Positions 23,993 through 37,463 of a DNA stretch of 61,316 nt are shown here, piece after piece; within the stretch, counting starts at the first letter, position 1; each line of letters begins with the position of its first letter. The notes below the pieces were generated by a model, which saw only the letters and a program-made list of their open reading frames with translations, was not told the origin of the DNA and did no database searches. Source of the DNA: Octopus bimaculoides (taxonomy: Eukaryota); NCBI RefSeq assembly GCF_001194135.2, contig NC_068982.1:104462017-104523332 (forward strand), read 5' to 3'. Position numbers and translations under genes: made by a program.

Positions 23993-26916
23993 TGTGTCTT
24001 CTATTCATTAAATGTTTGTAAGCAAACAACATATCCAGTACACCTAAACTGTACAGGTTTTGAGTTGTCTATAACCATTCTGCATGTTTTCACATACTGT
24101 CAGGGGGTTATGAAAGATGCAGAGAGGCAGTCAAATAAAATGACATTCTAATAGTGAGTGCAGTAGTTTTCATATACCAAGATGGTTGTATAGCATCCAC
24201 ATTGAGAATATTCAAGAAAAACACCAGACAGTAAAAGATGGTTTTAATTCAAATGTGTTCCACTCATTTGTTTCTGAAGATGGATATATCTTAGAGTTTG
24301 TAAGCACAAATGGAATCTATCATTATTAATCAACTATTAGATTTTAATTCAAATGTTGAATCCTTGAAGGAAATCTATTTTAAGAGAGTCCAGTTTCAGA
24401 GAGATATACATATATAATATTTTGTATAAAGGTAGATTAACTCAGTTGAATCAATGGCCATCCAATAATATGTACATTCACATGTTAAATATATGTATGT
24501 TTTGTAGCATGTTTCCGTTTCATTTACATGAAATGCAGAAGAAATAAATAACCTTCATCTCCACAGCTTCAAAGTTTGTGGCAGTATGCCAGTGGAGGCA
24601 ACTGGTACAGGTGGCAACATACTATTGTGCTGGGCAAGAAGCCATGATGTAGGGCAAACATCTGGAATGATAATTTATGGCCTGGACATGCATCAAGTTA
24701 GGTGGTGCTGCAATATCTGGTGAACCCCTCAGCCAGTTTGGCAATCTCCTGCATTCTCATACAAGCTAAGCTGTCATGACTTTATTTTGCCTCTAGGCTT
24801 CTTGTGTGAGAGCAAGAGAGTGAGTCTGATGTGCATGCAGCTCTTTCTTGCTTTAAAGAAACCTTGCACTACTCAAACGTCTGCATCTAGTGAATAAAAT
24901 TGTGTGGCACATACTTGACAGACCACCAACTAAATATCAAATAGTTTTGTTGTTGAGGTTGTACTGTTCCACACACTTTCCACATTAAAATACCACCACT
25001 TCCATAGTTTTAGGCACAAGAAAGGTATGGTGTAGGTGGGAGTAGTTGTGGTTTTCTGCTCCCCATCACACACACACACACAACTGCATCTCTTGTTAAA
25101 GTACCATACAGCTAGCCATGGTCTTCATTGATCATCAATGGCTGAAGCCATTTGGAGTCACAGATGGTAGACCTTTCATTGAAGCAGTGGAAGAATCACA
25201 CTTTTGTGACAAATACTGCTACCTCCTTAACTTTTTAGCTTTAGATGTGTGAAAGGTGGAGTATATTTAGGAGTTGTTGTAGTTCTCTGGTCTCTTGCAC
25301 GATGCATCCCAGCTGAGGTTCTGTGCAGCTGAAGTCATTTTCTTCAGTGATCACCAATAGACATATCTTAAAATATTAGATATTTTTGTTTCCTTCTTTA
25401 TTTCTTTCTTCATTATTTTATTTATTAATTAAATTTTGGCAGTTACTTGATCATTGCCAAATCTTATGGATGAACCATTATATATATGTGTACATATATA
25501 TCACACATACATACTTACATATATACATGTGTGTGTGTAAATTAAAAGTAAAAGATTTTAAAATACAAGCAATAACTTCCAAGTTGAAGTAAAAAAAAAT
25601 TAATAGCCAAATAGATCAGGTTGACACAAGATACATCCAGTTTAAGGGTGTCAGGTTATGACTATATTAAGCAATAAAAAAATTTTAAACTACATTGATA
25701 ATAAGTTCAAGGTTATTTGGGTTACAGCCCGATTGAGGTAGTTAAAGTAGACCATAAGGTTCCATAAGAGGAGTTATTGTCAAGGTTTAACAAAGATGAT
25801 GAACTTCAAGTATAGATTTATAGTGTGAAACAAATATATATGTGATAAATAGATACCAACAACAATACACAAGAATAGTTACCAATATACAAACACTCTG
25901 CTGCAGATTTATCGACACCCATAACACACTTGCACAGAGAATACAACTGACTGTATACTTACAATTAGACACCTAATGTATACACAAATATACATTATAT
26001 AACCCAGTATATAAAATATATAAATAAACAAGCAAATAATGCATACACACATGCATAACTGATATGATGATAGCAGGTGACTCAATTATACAAAACTTAA
26101 TTGAAACAATGACAGTTATTCGATATCTCGCAAAACTACTCTGAATTACTCTATCCACTTACTCCACTTACTAAATTAAAAAATACTACAACAATACCGT
26201 GAGCTCATAATAATATGAGATACAATACATTATTTTGTTGATAATATGTTATCAGTATCAATAAGTAAAAATGCTGTAATATTAATGATATGCAAACTAA
26301 ACAATGGTTAAAATAATACTCATAGTAGCAACAGATCATCATTCTAGCATTTGTTCAAATTAACATTGGACATGCTTGGAATAAAAGAGAATTTATACAG
26401 GTTAAAAAGTATGTATGTTCAGCTAATATATTTTAGGTGTAGATAAAATCACTTAGGTTATTTATACTAGTATTTATGTGACAGTCATTTGAATTGTAAT
26501 ATGAAAACATATTGTTTGTAGGTCCATTTATGGTACCATCACCCTTCACATGCCTGATTTAGTATAAATCACTTAGTTCATGATACTTGGAATTAGATTT
26601 AAAAAAGGAAGAGCAACAAGAAAGAGAAAAAAGGACATCAGGAATGACATGTTTTGACATATATTCTCATATGTATGTTATGTGTGTGTGTGTACATGCA
26701 CTCGTGAGTGTATACATTATTTGTATATATTATATAATATATNNNNNNNNNNNNNNNNNNNNNNNNNNNNNNNNNNNNNNNNNNNNNNNNNNNNNNNNNN
26801 NNNNNNNNNNNNNNNNNNNNNNNNNNNNNNNNNNNNNNNNNNNNNNNNNNNNNNNNNNNNNNNNNNNNNNNNNNNNNNNNNNNNNNNNNNNNNNNNNNNN
26901 NNNNNNNNNNNNNNNN

Positions 26917-27787
26917 CTGCCTGGAATAAAACTCGGAATCTTGGGGTTAGTAGCCCACGCTCTTAACCACTATGCCATATGCCTGTGGGCAATTATGGAG
27001 TGAATTTTAGGGCTTATAAATCTAACATTTTCCTATCCTTCCTTAATACCGGTTCCCATATGCTATTCATATCTGTACTCGGTCTGCTTAGGGGGTTGTT
27101 GTGTCCTAGCATATGTGCTGTTTCTTTTAGTTTTCGTATTTTCCAGTGGTGTTCTCTGTCTATTATTTTAACTTCATCCACAGGGGGAGGTGGTCTCCAT
27201 TTTTCCATGCATGATCAGCTATACCCGATTTATCAATATCTCCTTGTGTCACAGCTTTGCAATGTTCCAGTACCCTTATTTTGAGGGGGTGATATGTTTC
27301 ACCTTTGTATAAATCAGGTATAGCTGATCATGTATGGAAAAATGGAGACCACCTCCCCCTGTAGGATGAAGTTAAAATAATAGACAGAGAACACCACTGG
27401 AAAATATGAAAACCAAAAGAAACAGTACATATGCTAGGACACAACAACCTCTTAAGCAGACCGAGTGCAGATATGAATAGCATATAGGAACCGGTATTAA
27501 GGAAGGATAGGAAAAATGTTAGATTTATAAGCCCAAAAATTCACTCCATAATTGTCCACAGGCATATGGTGTAGTGTTTAAGAGCGTGGGCTACTAACCC
27601 CAAGATTCCAAGTTCAATTCCAGGCAGTTACATGAATAATAATAATAATAACATCGAAAAATACCTTAGGAATGAAAACCCATTCAAACCTGATGAAGGC
27701 TGGAAGGTATATCAGCCAAAACATTGTGTTGACAACAAACAAGATGAGGACATATCCATCAAATGTAAATAATGTACATAATTCATC
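26917..27787. mobile_element. Penelope-like element fragments, head-to-head inverted pair (GIY-YIG C-terminus, tRNA-like head, (AAT)n, degenerate hammerhead)
   Basis: The minus arm translates with one frameshift as YKGETYHPLKIRVLEHCKAVTQGDIDKSGIADHAWKNGDHLPLWDEVKIIDREHHWKIRKLKETAHMLGHNNPLSRPS..., the YIGET..R..EH..S..A.H..W..V.I..E..R..E pattern of PLE GIY-YIG endonucleases. Arms 26917-27233 and 27309-27627 are inverted copies. Confidence 0.85.
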
Positions 27788-27809
27788 ATCTCTGAGTGGT
27801 TGACTACAC

Positions 27810-27970
27810 TCTCTGAGTGGTTGGCGTTAGGAAGGGCATCCAGCTGTAGAAACTCTGCCAAATCAGACTGGAGCCTGGTGTTGCCATCCGGTTTCACCAG
27901 TCCTCAGTCAAATCGTCCAACCCATGCTAGCATGGAAAGCGGACGTTAAACGATGATGATGATGATGATG
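27810..27970 (+). mobile_element. Short RTE-3'-end repeat ending in (GAT)n
   Basis: Reads GAGTGGTTGGCGTTAGGAAGGGCATCCAGC..CCCATGCTAGCATGGAAAGCGGACGTTAAACGATGATG. Similar copies at ~3960-4160 (+), 10427-10600 (-), 38850-39017 (-) and ~42380-42540 (+). Confidence 0.75.
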
Positions 27971-28399
27971 ATATATATATATATATATATATACATATCT
28001 CTTTTTTTTTTTACTCTTTATATATGTATGTTGTATATATATATATGTGTGTGTGTATGTTGTACANNNNNNNNNNATATATATATATATATATTATTTA
28101 TCTATACTTATATGTATGTACATATTGTGTGTGTGTGTGTGTTTGTATGCACTTATTATTAATTATATATTTACCTATATATGTGTGTATCCATGCATAT
28201 ATATCAAGGTATTAATGCAATACAGCCATTTCAGGTGGCTCCATCTTCAGTTGCAAAAATATAGATTTTCAACAGACAGGATATTCTATTATAATTTTTA
28301 GCAAATATTTCATCAGAGCTAGAGAATGAAAGAATGGAATTCTTTCAATGTCCAGCTTCTACAAAATATTTACTAAAAATTATAACAGAATTAATTCTG

Positions 28400-30800
28400 A
28401 CTGTGAAAAAAGTGTTTCTGCAAATCATGGATACTGTGTTGGTTTTTGATATTATTAGCATGTCTACTAGTGATAGAGATATTGAATTCAAAAAGATTAC
28501 CAAAGTTGTTGGATTTCTATCAACTCGGCTAAACATCGAATCTTTAGAGTGTTAATGTTCAGAGAGCCAATACATTCAAGTTATGGTAAGTGACATGACA
28601 GAAGGTATTCATCTGGTTGCACATCTCTGATCAACTTCTATTAGATCAGTATTTTGGACAAGGTGAAATTTCCAGACTTGACAAAACTGTGAGTGTGGAC
28701 ATGCCATAGCCATATAATGCTTTAAATACATAGCTTAGATTGCTGGTGAGTGTTTGACAAAGGTTTTACTGAGTGATGCTAAGAAACCTTCTGTGATTTT
28801 GAAGATTTTAGAAGTGTGATTCATTTGGCACAAATCATTGTTGACAATAATGCTGAAGTCACATTTACCAGCAGATTGCTTTAAAGTTAGTGTTACGGAG
28901 GGAGTAGGTAAATTCTAGCTTTTCATTCCCAAAATGTATAGTGCTGCACTTTTCTACAACTAGTTTGAGTTGCCAATCCATTGCTATATTGTATCCTGAT
29001 CAGATTGCAGGAAAGATCTATTGTCTTAAGATCTGTTCTTTTTCTCTTAAGATACAGCATAATGTCATCTGTGTATCTTAACTGAGTAACATGTTTCAAG
29101 TCAGCATCTATTTCATTAATGTATGCACAGATAACAGGAAACCAAGAACAGATTCCTGTGAGCCACCAGATGTCATTCCATAATGTGCAAAATGTTGTTC
29201 TAGTACAGTAACTACCTCTTTTCAACCAATAATTTCGGACTTCAGTCCATTGCAGAAAGCTTCACCATAAGCTGTTTGTGTGGTGTTGAATTAAAGGCTT
29301 TGGTGAAATGAAAATAGATAACATACTTCCATGAGCTGTCATCTGTTGTTCAGATGTCTTCAAGAAATTCGTTGAGTTGGCCACAGCAGATTGAATTAGA
29401 GATAAATCAAAATTGTGAGAAATAAATAAAGTTACAAGAATTCCAGTGATTCAAGTGTCATTCTGATACAGGATTCCATTAATTTCGCAATACAGATTGT
29501 GAGACTGATTGGATGGTAATTGACAATTGATGTGTAGTAACCTTTTTTGAACCAGTGGATAATATTGGCAATTTTCCACTGTTCTTGGGTAACAAAATTA
29601 CTTGAAAAAGTAAAGAAAGCTGGTGAGCAGGAAGTGCCTGCTGTATTTGAAAAGTAGATAAGTAACACTGTCAAAAATATGACATTTAAGTTGGCATCAC
29701 AACATTGCAGGAGTAAATTCTACAGATATTAAGGAATTTGACTTCCATAGCAGTGAAGAGGGTACATTTGAATTTTCAACAATAAAAATGCCAGCATAAC
29801 ATTCAGCAACAAGTTTTGCATGCTCTTTAAGTTCATCAGTAACCTAACTTATATAGGGATTGCAAAGAGAGCTACTGAAGAATGAGGACTCTGTTTTGTA
29901 TGCACATACTCCCAGCACAGTTTACTCTCTGGGTTGGTTGCTATGTGTTCTTCAAATTGAAGAACCTTTTAGTCACTTGATATGATTGGACATACTTTGC
30001 ATCTTTATTATCTCCTGTTTGAAAACCTGTATTTATGTTCAGCATCCACTCACTCTTTCCTGGCAAAACAGACCACTGCAATCTCCCGTATTACACTTTT
30101 GGGAGATTCTAATGTATTTACATAGTACTGATGCTTTGCATGCAGCCCAGCCCAGACTGAAATAAAGAATGTATTGAAGGATAGAACCGACATCTGGAAT
30201 CATAAAATACAAACCAGTTTGGACACTGTAACTCAGTACAACAGGAATTCTAGTCACCTTTGTTCCAGACAAAATGAGTAATTTGGAGATGATGATGGCT
30301 TTTCTTTCTGTCCATAAGAGACAGATTGGCAATAGTTATAGCAAGTTTTGAGTCATTTAAAAGTTTCTTGAATAGAAATGAATAGCTGATCCAAAGTGTT
30401 GTTACCTTTTGTAGGGATCATGACTAAATGGGACCAGTTTGAATCTAACACTCAATCAAAGAAATTTGCTCTTTCTCAGCTGTGAAAAGTTTCCCAGTCA
30501 ATTTCTAGGTAATCAAAATCACCAATGATGAAAAGATAGGTAACTGATTTCATAGATGCAGCTCTGAGTTGTGTGCCTTTATTGTAGTTTAGGTGACAGT
30601 AAGCAACTCCAAGTTGAAATGTTGATGTGCTCATATGAATGTCACAGAAAATCACTTCTTGTTGCATAGGCTTCACATCATCACAAGAAATTGCTGACAA
30701 GTTTGAGTGAACATAGACCATCACACCACTCCATGGCAATTAGAACAGTCTTTGCAAAACCAGCTGAAGCCAGCCATGCTAAAACTATAACTTTGTTCTT
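28400..30800 (-). mobile_element. Decayed CR1-clade LINE (APE endonuclease plus RT fragments)
   Basis: ORF pieces GVMVYVH...FIIGDFDYLEIDW (APE), WKIANI..FKKG..NYHPISLTICIAKLMES and YTDDIMLY (RT). Boundaries are approximate. Confidence 0.8.
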
Positions 30801-31691
30801 AACTGAATTATTGTAGTAGAATTAGAAAAGAAATTCCAGATAAAGAAGCAAACCCTAGAATTGAAGTATTTCAAAGTTGACTTAGCAAAGATTAAAGTTT
30901 TACTCACTGGGAAAACAGACAGGAACCTATTTCCCTCAAGGAAATGGCTTTACTCAATATGTAGGAAAGTGTACTCAATACAAACTATGAACACACAAGA
31001 GGTGTAAGAAAATAATTGGCAGGATAACAGAGAAAATAGGCCTTATGTGTGGTAGATGTGCAAGAGCAATGAACATGAAGAGCACACAAGAAACAAATTT
31101 TCCCAAATGTCAAAAAGGATTCTTTGAGGTAGCAGAGATTCTGTTACATAAGTGATTACATAATCAGCAGTGATGAGGGATGTTCTTAAAGTATAGTAAC
31201 CAGAGAAAGAATACTATATAGTTCAATATCCAGGCCAACCAAAGCCATGTGAATAGATTTGGTTGCTGGAAACTGAACAACCATCATGTGTACATATCTG
31301 TGTGTGTGTGTGTGTGTGCATGTGTGTGTGTGTGTGTGTGTGCGTTTCCATGCTTGAAGGTCTGTGTGCTTATTTACATCTGTGTTCACTTGTACAAACT
31401 TCAGTGAGTGGTTTTGTAATCAGTTTCTCTTGTCAACAAATTGTCCAGTCACTTTGTGTCTTTGAAGTTGTGTGGAATAAGAGGTCCCTTACTTGAAAGG
31501 GTTAGCATCAGGAAGTGCATCCAGCTGTAAAACAATATGCCTCAAATAACATATTCATCTACCCCATGAAAGCATCAAAAAGCATATTTAGAATAAATGA
31601 TCAAACAACACATACATACATGTGTGTGTGTGTGTGTGTGTGTGTACATACAGACGGACATACACATGTTTATATACATATATGTATGCAC

Positions 31692-31725
<34 letters not shown>

Positions 31726-31750
31726 TTAGAATAAGATATATGATACATGC

Positions 31751-31781
<31 letters not shown>

Positions 31782-31793
31782 TACATACATACA

Positions 31794-31824
<31 letters not shown>

Positions 31825-31920
31825 GTAATTATTTCAAGTTACTCATAAATAGAAAAAGTATATACATATATACATCCCTGCATGCCATGTTACATTAGAG
31901 GTCGGTTTTCTGTGTTACAG

Positions 31921-32010
31921 CTACTCGAAAATTCTGGAAGATGTCGAGGAAGGTGATGATAGAATGCTGGCAATTTCTGAACAGCCACCTAAGGGATCAC
32001 GGCTAGCGAT
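31921..32010 (+). CDS. slo: Candidate slowpoke cassette exon, 90 nt, phase 2-2: (N)YSKILEDVEEGDDRMLAISEQPPKGSRLA(M)
   Basis: Acceptor ttttctgtgttacAG, donor AT/GTAATT. Length is a multiple of 3 and it is open in the frame required by the flanking exons. It is CpG-containing and coding-like amid microsatellites. Confidence 0.55.
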
Positions 32011-32677
32011 GTAATTAATTTCAGCTTAATGTTTATGCTGCATCTTCTACCTCATTTTTTTCCTTCTTTTTTTTTATCCAAACCACACCCACCAATTTAC
32101 TTTCACTTTTGTATGTGTGTGTGCGTATGTGTTCTTTTTACTTTTTAAAGTTTTCTTCTTCTTCTTCTTCTTCTTCTTCTTGAATTCCATTCTTTCAGCC
32201 TGCAATGATATGTATGTTTTATGAATATTGCTGTCTGCAGATCAGCATCTGGCCTTGGACAATAGTACTTAAAATATATATATATATGCTTTGAAGATTT
32301 TTGCTCTTCTCTTTTCCTTTCCAATAGCTATTTATGTTTTTTGTGTGTTTTTTTTTTTTCTCTTTCTTTTAGTATGAAGCCTTACAATCAAGGCTGCTTA
32401 GGTGTGGAGCATTTCTTAAAGAATATTCTTGTTATATGATTGTATCATTACCCTTCCTCCAATATAAATCTAACTCCTTTCTATCTAACATATATATATT
32501 TATAGATATATCTATCTACAGACTTAGTCTGAAAGTTTTATATCTCAGATAGATTGCTTTTAGAGTTACTAGGTACTAGAGTGGCCTGTTGGGAAAAAAA
32601 CTAATCTGTGAGTTCTTAACTATTTTAAAGTGTTACTTAACTGCACTGCTTCTATTTGCCTACTCAACTATGCATGA

Positions 32678-32715
<38 letters not shown>

Positions 32716-32989
32716 TTGTACATGCTATAAATAAGTGTACACCTCTTCAATACAAGCTCTTATGTAATTAGTTATTAAGTACACCTCTTAAGCACAAGCT
32801 TAAGACTTTCTATTTATGAATTTCATATATTCAGAATTATGAAAGAGCCAGGAATTCTTCAGACAGCTAAAGTTCTTCAATGTTTCATACATTCAGGTGG
32901 AAAACTCACCATGCATCTAATTAAAGTTCTTTCTGTTCTTTCTCCTTCCCTCTTTTCCTCTCTCTCTCCCTCTCTCTCCCTCTCCCTCT

Positions 32990-33026
<37 letters not shown>

Positions 33027-36000
33027 TGGACCTATCTCTCTTTCTATTTCATCTTTTAACTTTGTCTCTTTTATATACCTGTAATTGAAATAATACATGT
33101 ATATTTCCTGGATTTACCACTTTGAATAGAGCACTCAGTGTTGATATTATGTGTGGACATGTTTTATTAAAGCTGCAAGTCCAATAAAATAAATTCACAA
33201 TTTTAATAAAACACACACACACACACACACGCCATCATCATCATCATCATCATCAAACTCTGGGATTTATAAAATAAATCACAATCAAATACTGGAGTCA
33301 ATTCAATGACTGAATTACTATTATATATGTGTAGACTTACATCAAAATATCAAATCAATATCTAAGAGCCAGTCCAGTAAAGGAGCCTCTATAGAGTTGT
33401 TCAATCTGCCAAAAATTGCAACCAAATTACATTTAAATTACACTCTTCCATCTTTGATAAAAGAAAGACATGTTGGATATTGTAGTCTGAGATAAAGTAT
33501 ATCTAAAGATGAGGTTGATTAGGCTTTGAATGCCTTTAATCATAGCTCTACTTGTTTTGGACTGACCTGGAGTTAAATAGCAATCAATATCTCTGAAATT
33601 TTATGATACCCTACCATTACCATAATCCTCTTCATACACTAAGTTTTAATCCTAAACTTTCTCTGCAAACTTTTTAGCTTTTATTTCTCTCAGACAATGT
33701 GTTTTTGATTTCTGACAGATATTTATCAGTCTTTTTTGACATTTTTGTGATATACGAATAACTCCCACTAATTTTCATTTTCAAATTAACAAGAAAATAT
33801 TACAAAATGTTCTTTCCTATTTGTATGAAGCATATGTAATAAGTATAAAGCTTCATGGTAATGCAACATGGATACCAGAATGTAGAAGATCTGCAAAGAT
33901 GGAGAGAAATGAATTTATGTTCTTTTAGCTGTGTATTGTGTTGGAATGAATGCTAATAAATTATTAGTATTTACTAAAAACAAAAAGGGTCTATGCGCTA
34001 ATATTAGAAGGAAAACATGGAAGAGGAGGACCATGTAAGACACATGAAGAAGTCATAAAGTTGAATTTCATTATACTGAGCCTTATAGACAAGATGACAC
34101 AGAATGAAGAGAAGTTTTCTTTTTGTTACTTTTATTGCTTATTTTATTACTTATTTTAGATTGAAAATGTGTGTACAACTGTATGTATGTATGTATGAGG
34201 AAAAGATTCAGATGTATGAGGAAAAGATTAAAGTATTTTGTTAATGTAGTTTGGAGGTCTTCACTAAGTATAATTTGTGTGAAGTATAAATTATAGATTA
34301 CATTGACAGTTTCAAACATGAGGTGGTTGTTAAAGAGTCAATAAACATTTCTTACAATAGCAATGAGCCTCAGATTCAGAGAAGAGGAAATGATATCATG
34401 AGATGTTCATACCTTTTTTTGTTTTAAAAGAAACATCACTGTAAATGAAATGAAATAATTACAGGTGTGTTTTAAATTCGTGTTGAAGATTGAACCTACT
34501 AGGAACTATTTTGTGCTCACCATTTAGTATGCTGGTATATATTGCACTCACTGCTCAATAATTTAATGAATACAAACCATTTCAGTTTTATCTACTCATT
34601 TTAAATTTTAAATTGTAAACTGTTTCATTATTTTATTTTTATTAGTTTTGCTAAACATTTATCATACTACAAGACTTAGATTTTGTTATATTATCTATAA
34701 ATGTTTCATCATCCTTAACAACATCATCTATGTACATATTAATAGAGGATTTGGAAATTTAAGATAGGAAGCAATTTAAAAAGTTGTTTCGCATTTTGCC
34801 TAAGTTTATTATCTGGTCAATATATAGTGAAAATACAATAAAAACCCAGCTGTTTTAGCCACAGAGCTAGCTACACTGTTGTTAATTACTATAATCACTC
34901 AGTTCTATAATTATGGAATTTTAGACAAAGATTAAGCTACAAATATAAACTTCCTATCTTTTGTTACAACATGAAACATTTTACTTTGAAGAGTTTAGGT
35001 GTGACAAATTTCCCTAACCTTTTCTGTTGGCAGTCTTTGTTATTTAGTAGGTACATACTAGTCAAAACTAGTTAAGTTGTTGATTTATTGATCAATGAAT
35101 CACTACTCTTATTCTGCCACTAATGCTACACAATGAATCTGTGGGGTTATAGTTTAATATTGTAAGAAATAAGAGCACTGTATAAAAACTGATTGTTTTG
35201 TTTGCTAGCAATGCTGGAAATCATCCTGTGAATTACTATAAAAAATATCAATCCTGGACTAGAAGCATACTTAAAACAAAAGCGGTGAAGTTATAGCATG
35301 TCAAGTTCATAACCTCATTTTGATCTTGGTTATAGTAGTTTTCCTGCAGTTATATTGTTCATACACCTAGAAATAAGACCATCTTGAAGGAGTATGATGA
35401 GGTGTTATATTTAATTAGTCTGTTATTTTGAGACAACTGACTCTATATTTCCTTTGCATCAGATTTTTGTAAAGTTTCTTCTAAATCCTTGAAAATACCA
35501 AAAACCTTTCTATATCAAACAACATTTCTCTAATCTTTTTCAGTCATCTCTCCCACTCATGTGCCTGTTCTGCATCAATTTCATAATTAGTACCAACAAA
35601 ATCAAATATAATAACCAATCCAATAAGTATTGTGTTTCAAAATAATTGTATTTTAAATGAAAATATGTTTCATGTCAATGAACAAACACACCCAAAAAAA
35701 ATACACAAACGACAAGAATATAGGTACAAAATATCTAATTCTTTTTCAAAACAGAATTTGCATGGAATTTTGTTCAATTTTAATAGCAAAGCATTATTAC
35801 AATTGAAATTATTCAACACATATCAGTGCATCAATCAATCTGATTTATTAACACTGTGGTTCAAGACAGTCATGTTTTGTCATTGAATTGACTGTCTCTG
35901 GCCTCAACAGGCATGAACATTAAGAAATGCTTTGGTTATTTGAATGCCAAAATAATGTGATTATTTTAAGAATTTCTTAATTCACTGACATTGCACAATA

Positions 36001-36082
36001 ATTTTTTTTTTCTGTTTTCTTTTTACCATTATTAATTATTAAGCATGATATCAACTTTTGCACAAAACTTTTCCTAATATTG

Positions 36083-36141
<59 letters not shown>

Positions 36142-37463
36142 ACAATTAAAATAATTTGAAAGGATCCATTTAGTATGGAAAATTATTTTTATTTCATATT
36201 ATTCTGACAATTTGATAAAGCATGTAAAATAAAAAGTATTTTTAATATTTCTAGATTTCTCATTAAAAAAACAAATGTCTGAAAATTTCTCCAAATGAAT
36301 AATATTTTGAATTGTCATTAGTCTTTAAAATTTTGTAATTTTTTTTAATCATAAAAATCATAAAATGAGTTAAAATGTATAAAAAGCAAAAGAGTAAAAC
36401 TTGTTTAAATATATGTTGATAAAGAGATGAATTTAATAGAATGTTTCTAAAATTGTTAACTTTTATATGCTTACATATCAACGTGTATAACTGTATATAT
36501 TGATATAGCTAATGTTTCAGTAGTTAGATACTTATATGTTACCCTGCCCCTCAAGAGTAATAGGAAAACTAATGCACTGTCTAATATGCTTTTTGTCTTC
36601 TCTACTCTGGACATGGTGTTTTAGACACTCCATTCTGACATCAAACATTGGTGTATTGCTTCTGCATTTAAGCTGCAACATTGTCTCCATGTTTCATATA
36701 GCTGCAACTGTTTCTAGTATAATTTATATTTTAAGGAAAAAATACTAATATATACATGTAGTTTACTAATCTAGTTTACGATGTTTAGTTATTTCACAAT
36801 ATTTCTTTATAAATATTTTAACATAGAACACAACTCAGTTGATATTAAACTAATATTTTAAATCCAACTGTTTGTGAAATATATTGTGTCCTGAGGAAAA
36901 TATGATATATATTAATGTTGAAATTTCATAGAAAAATATTTCAATGTTTGTCTGCAACTTGTTGATGGTACAAAACCATATTTCTTGCTAGAAATATTGA
37001 GCTGTCATTATTTGCTGTTATATTATTTTCACTTTGAAAAATAGGAATGGAAACATTGATTTCTTAAATCTTGTGGCATATGTTTGGTTTAATGATTCCT
37101 CACTTTTCTACTTTATTATAATTTTATCACTGATTTTGAAGTAATAGGGATATTACAATGTCTGAAATTCTAACATTAACTTCTCACAACAGTGACAGTA
37201 ACTCTGTAACAGCTTTACAGTGACTGCTCAGTATTTTTAATCTCAGTAAATAAGAGTAGTGGTTATGAACCAAAATTAAATTGATTTAAACTTTATTAAT
37301 CTTCTATTGGGTTGACATTTTTTAGGAAACTTTTGCATTGAACAAAATATTCAATGTATTTTAATGCTTCAAGTAAGAGTTCAATTTTTATTTCTTGTTC
37401 TCTTACTATTATCTGCTCCTCAACATAGACTACAAGTAACAATGGTAATTCTTTACATTTCAG

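Noticed and set aside
27561-27630. tRNA gene (also 9298-9370 and 61198-61268)
   Set aside because: A and B boxes are present, but the acceptor stem does not pair and the anticodon stem is partly mismatched. It is a repeat-borne tRNA-derived head, not a functional tRNA.
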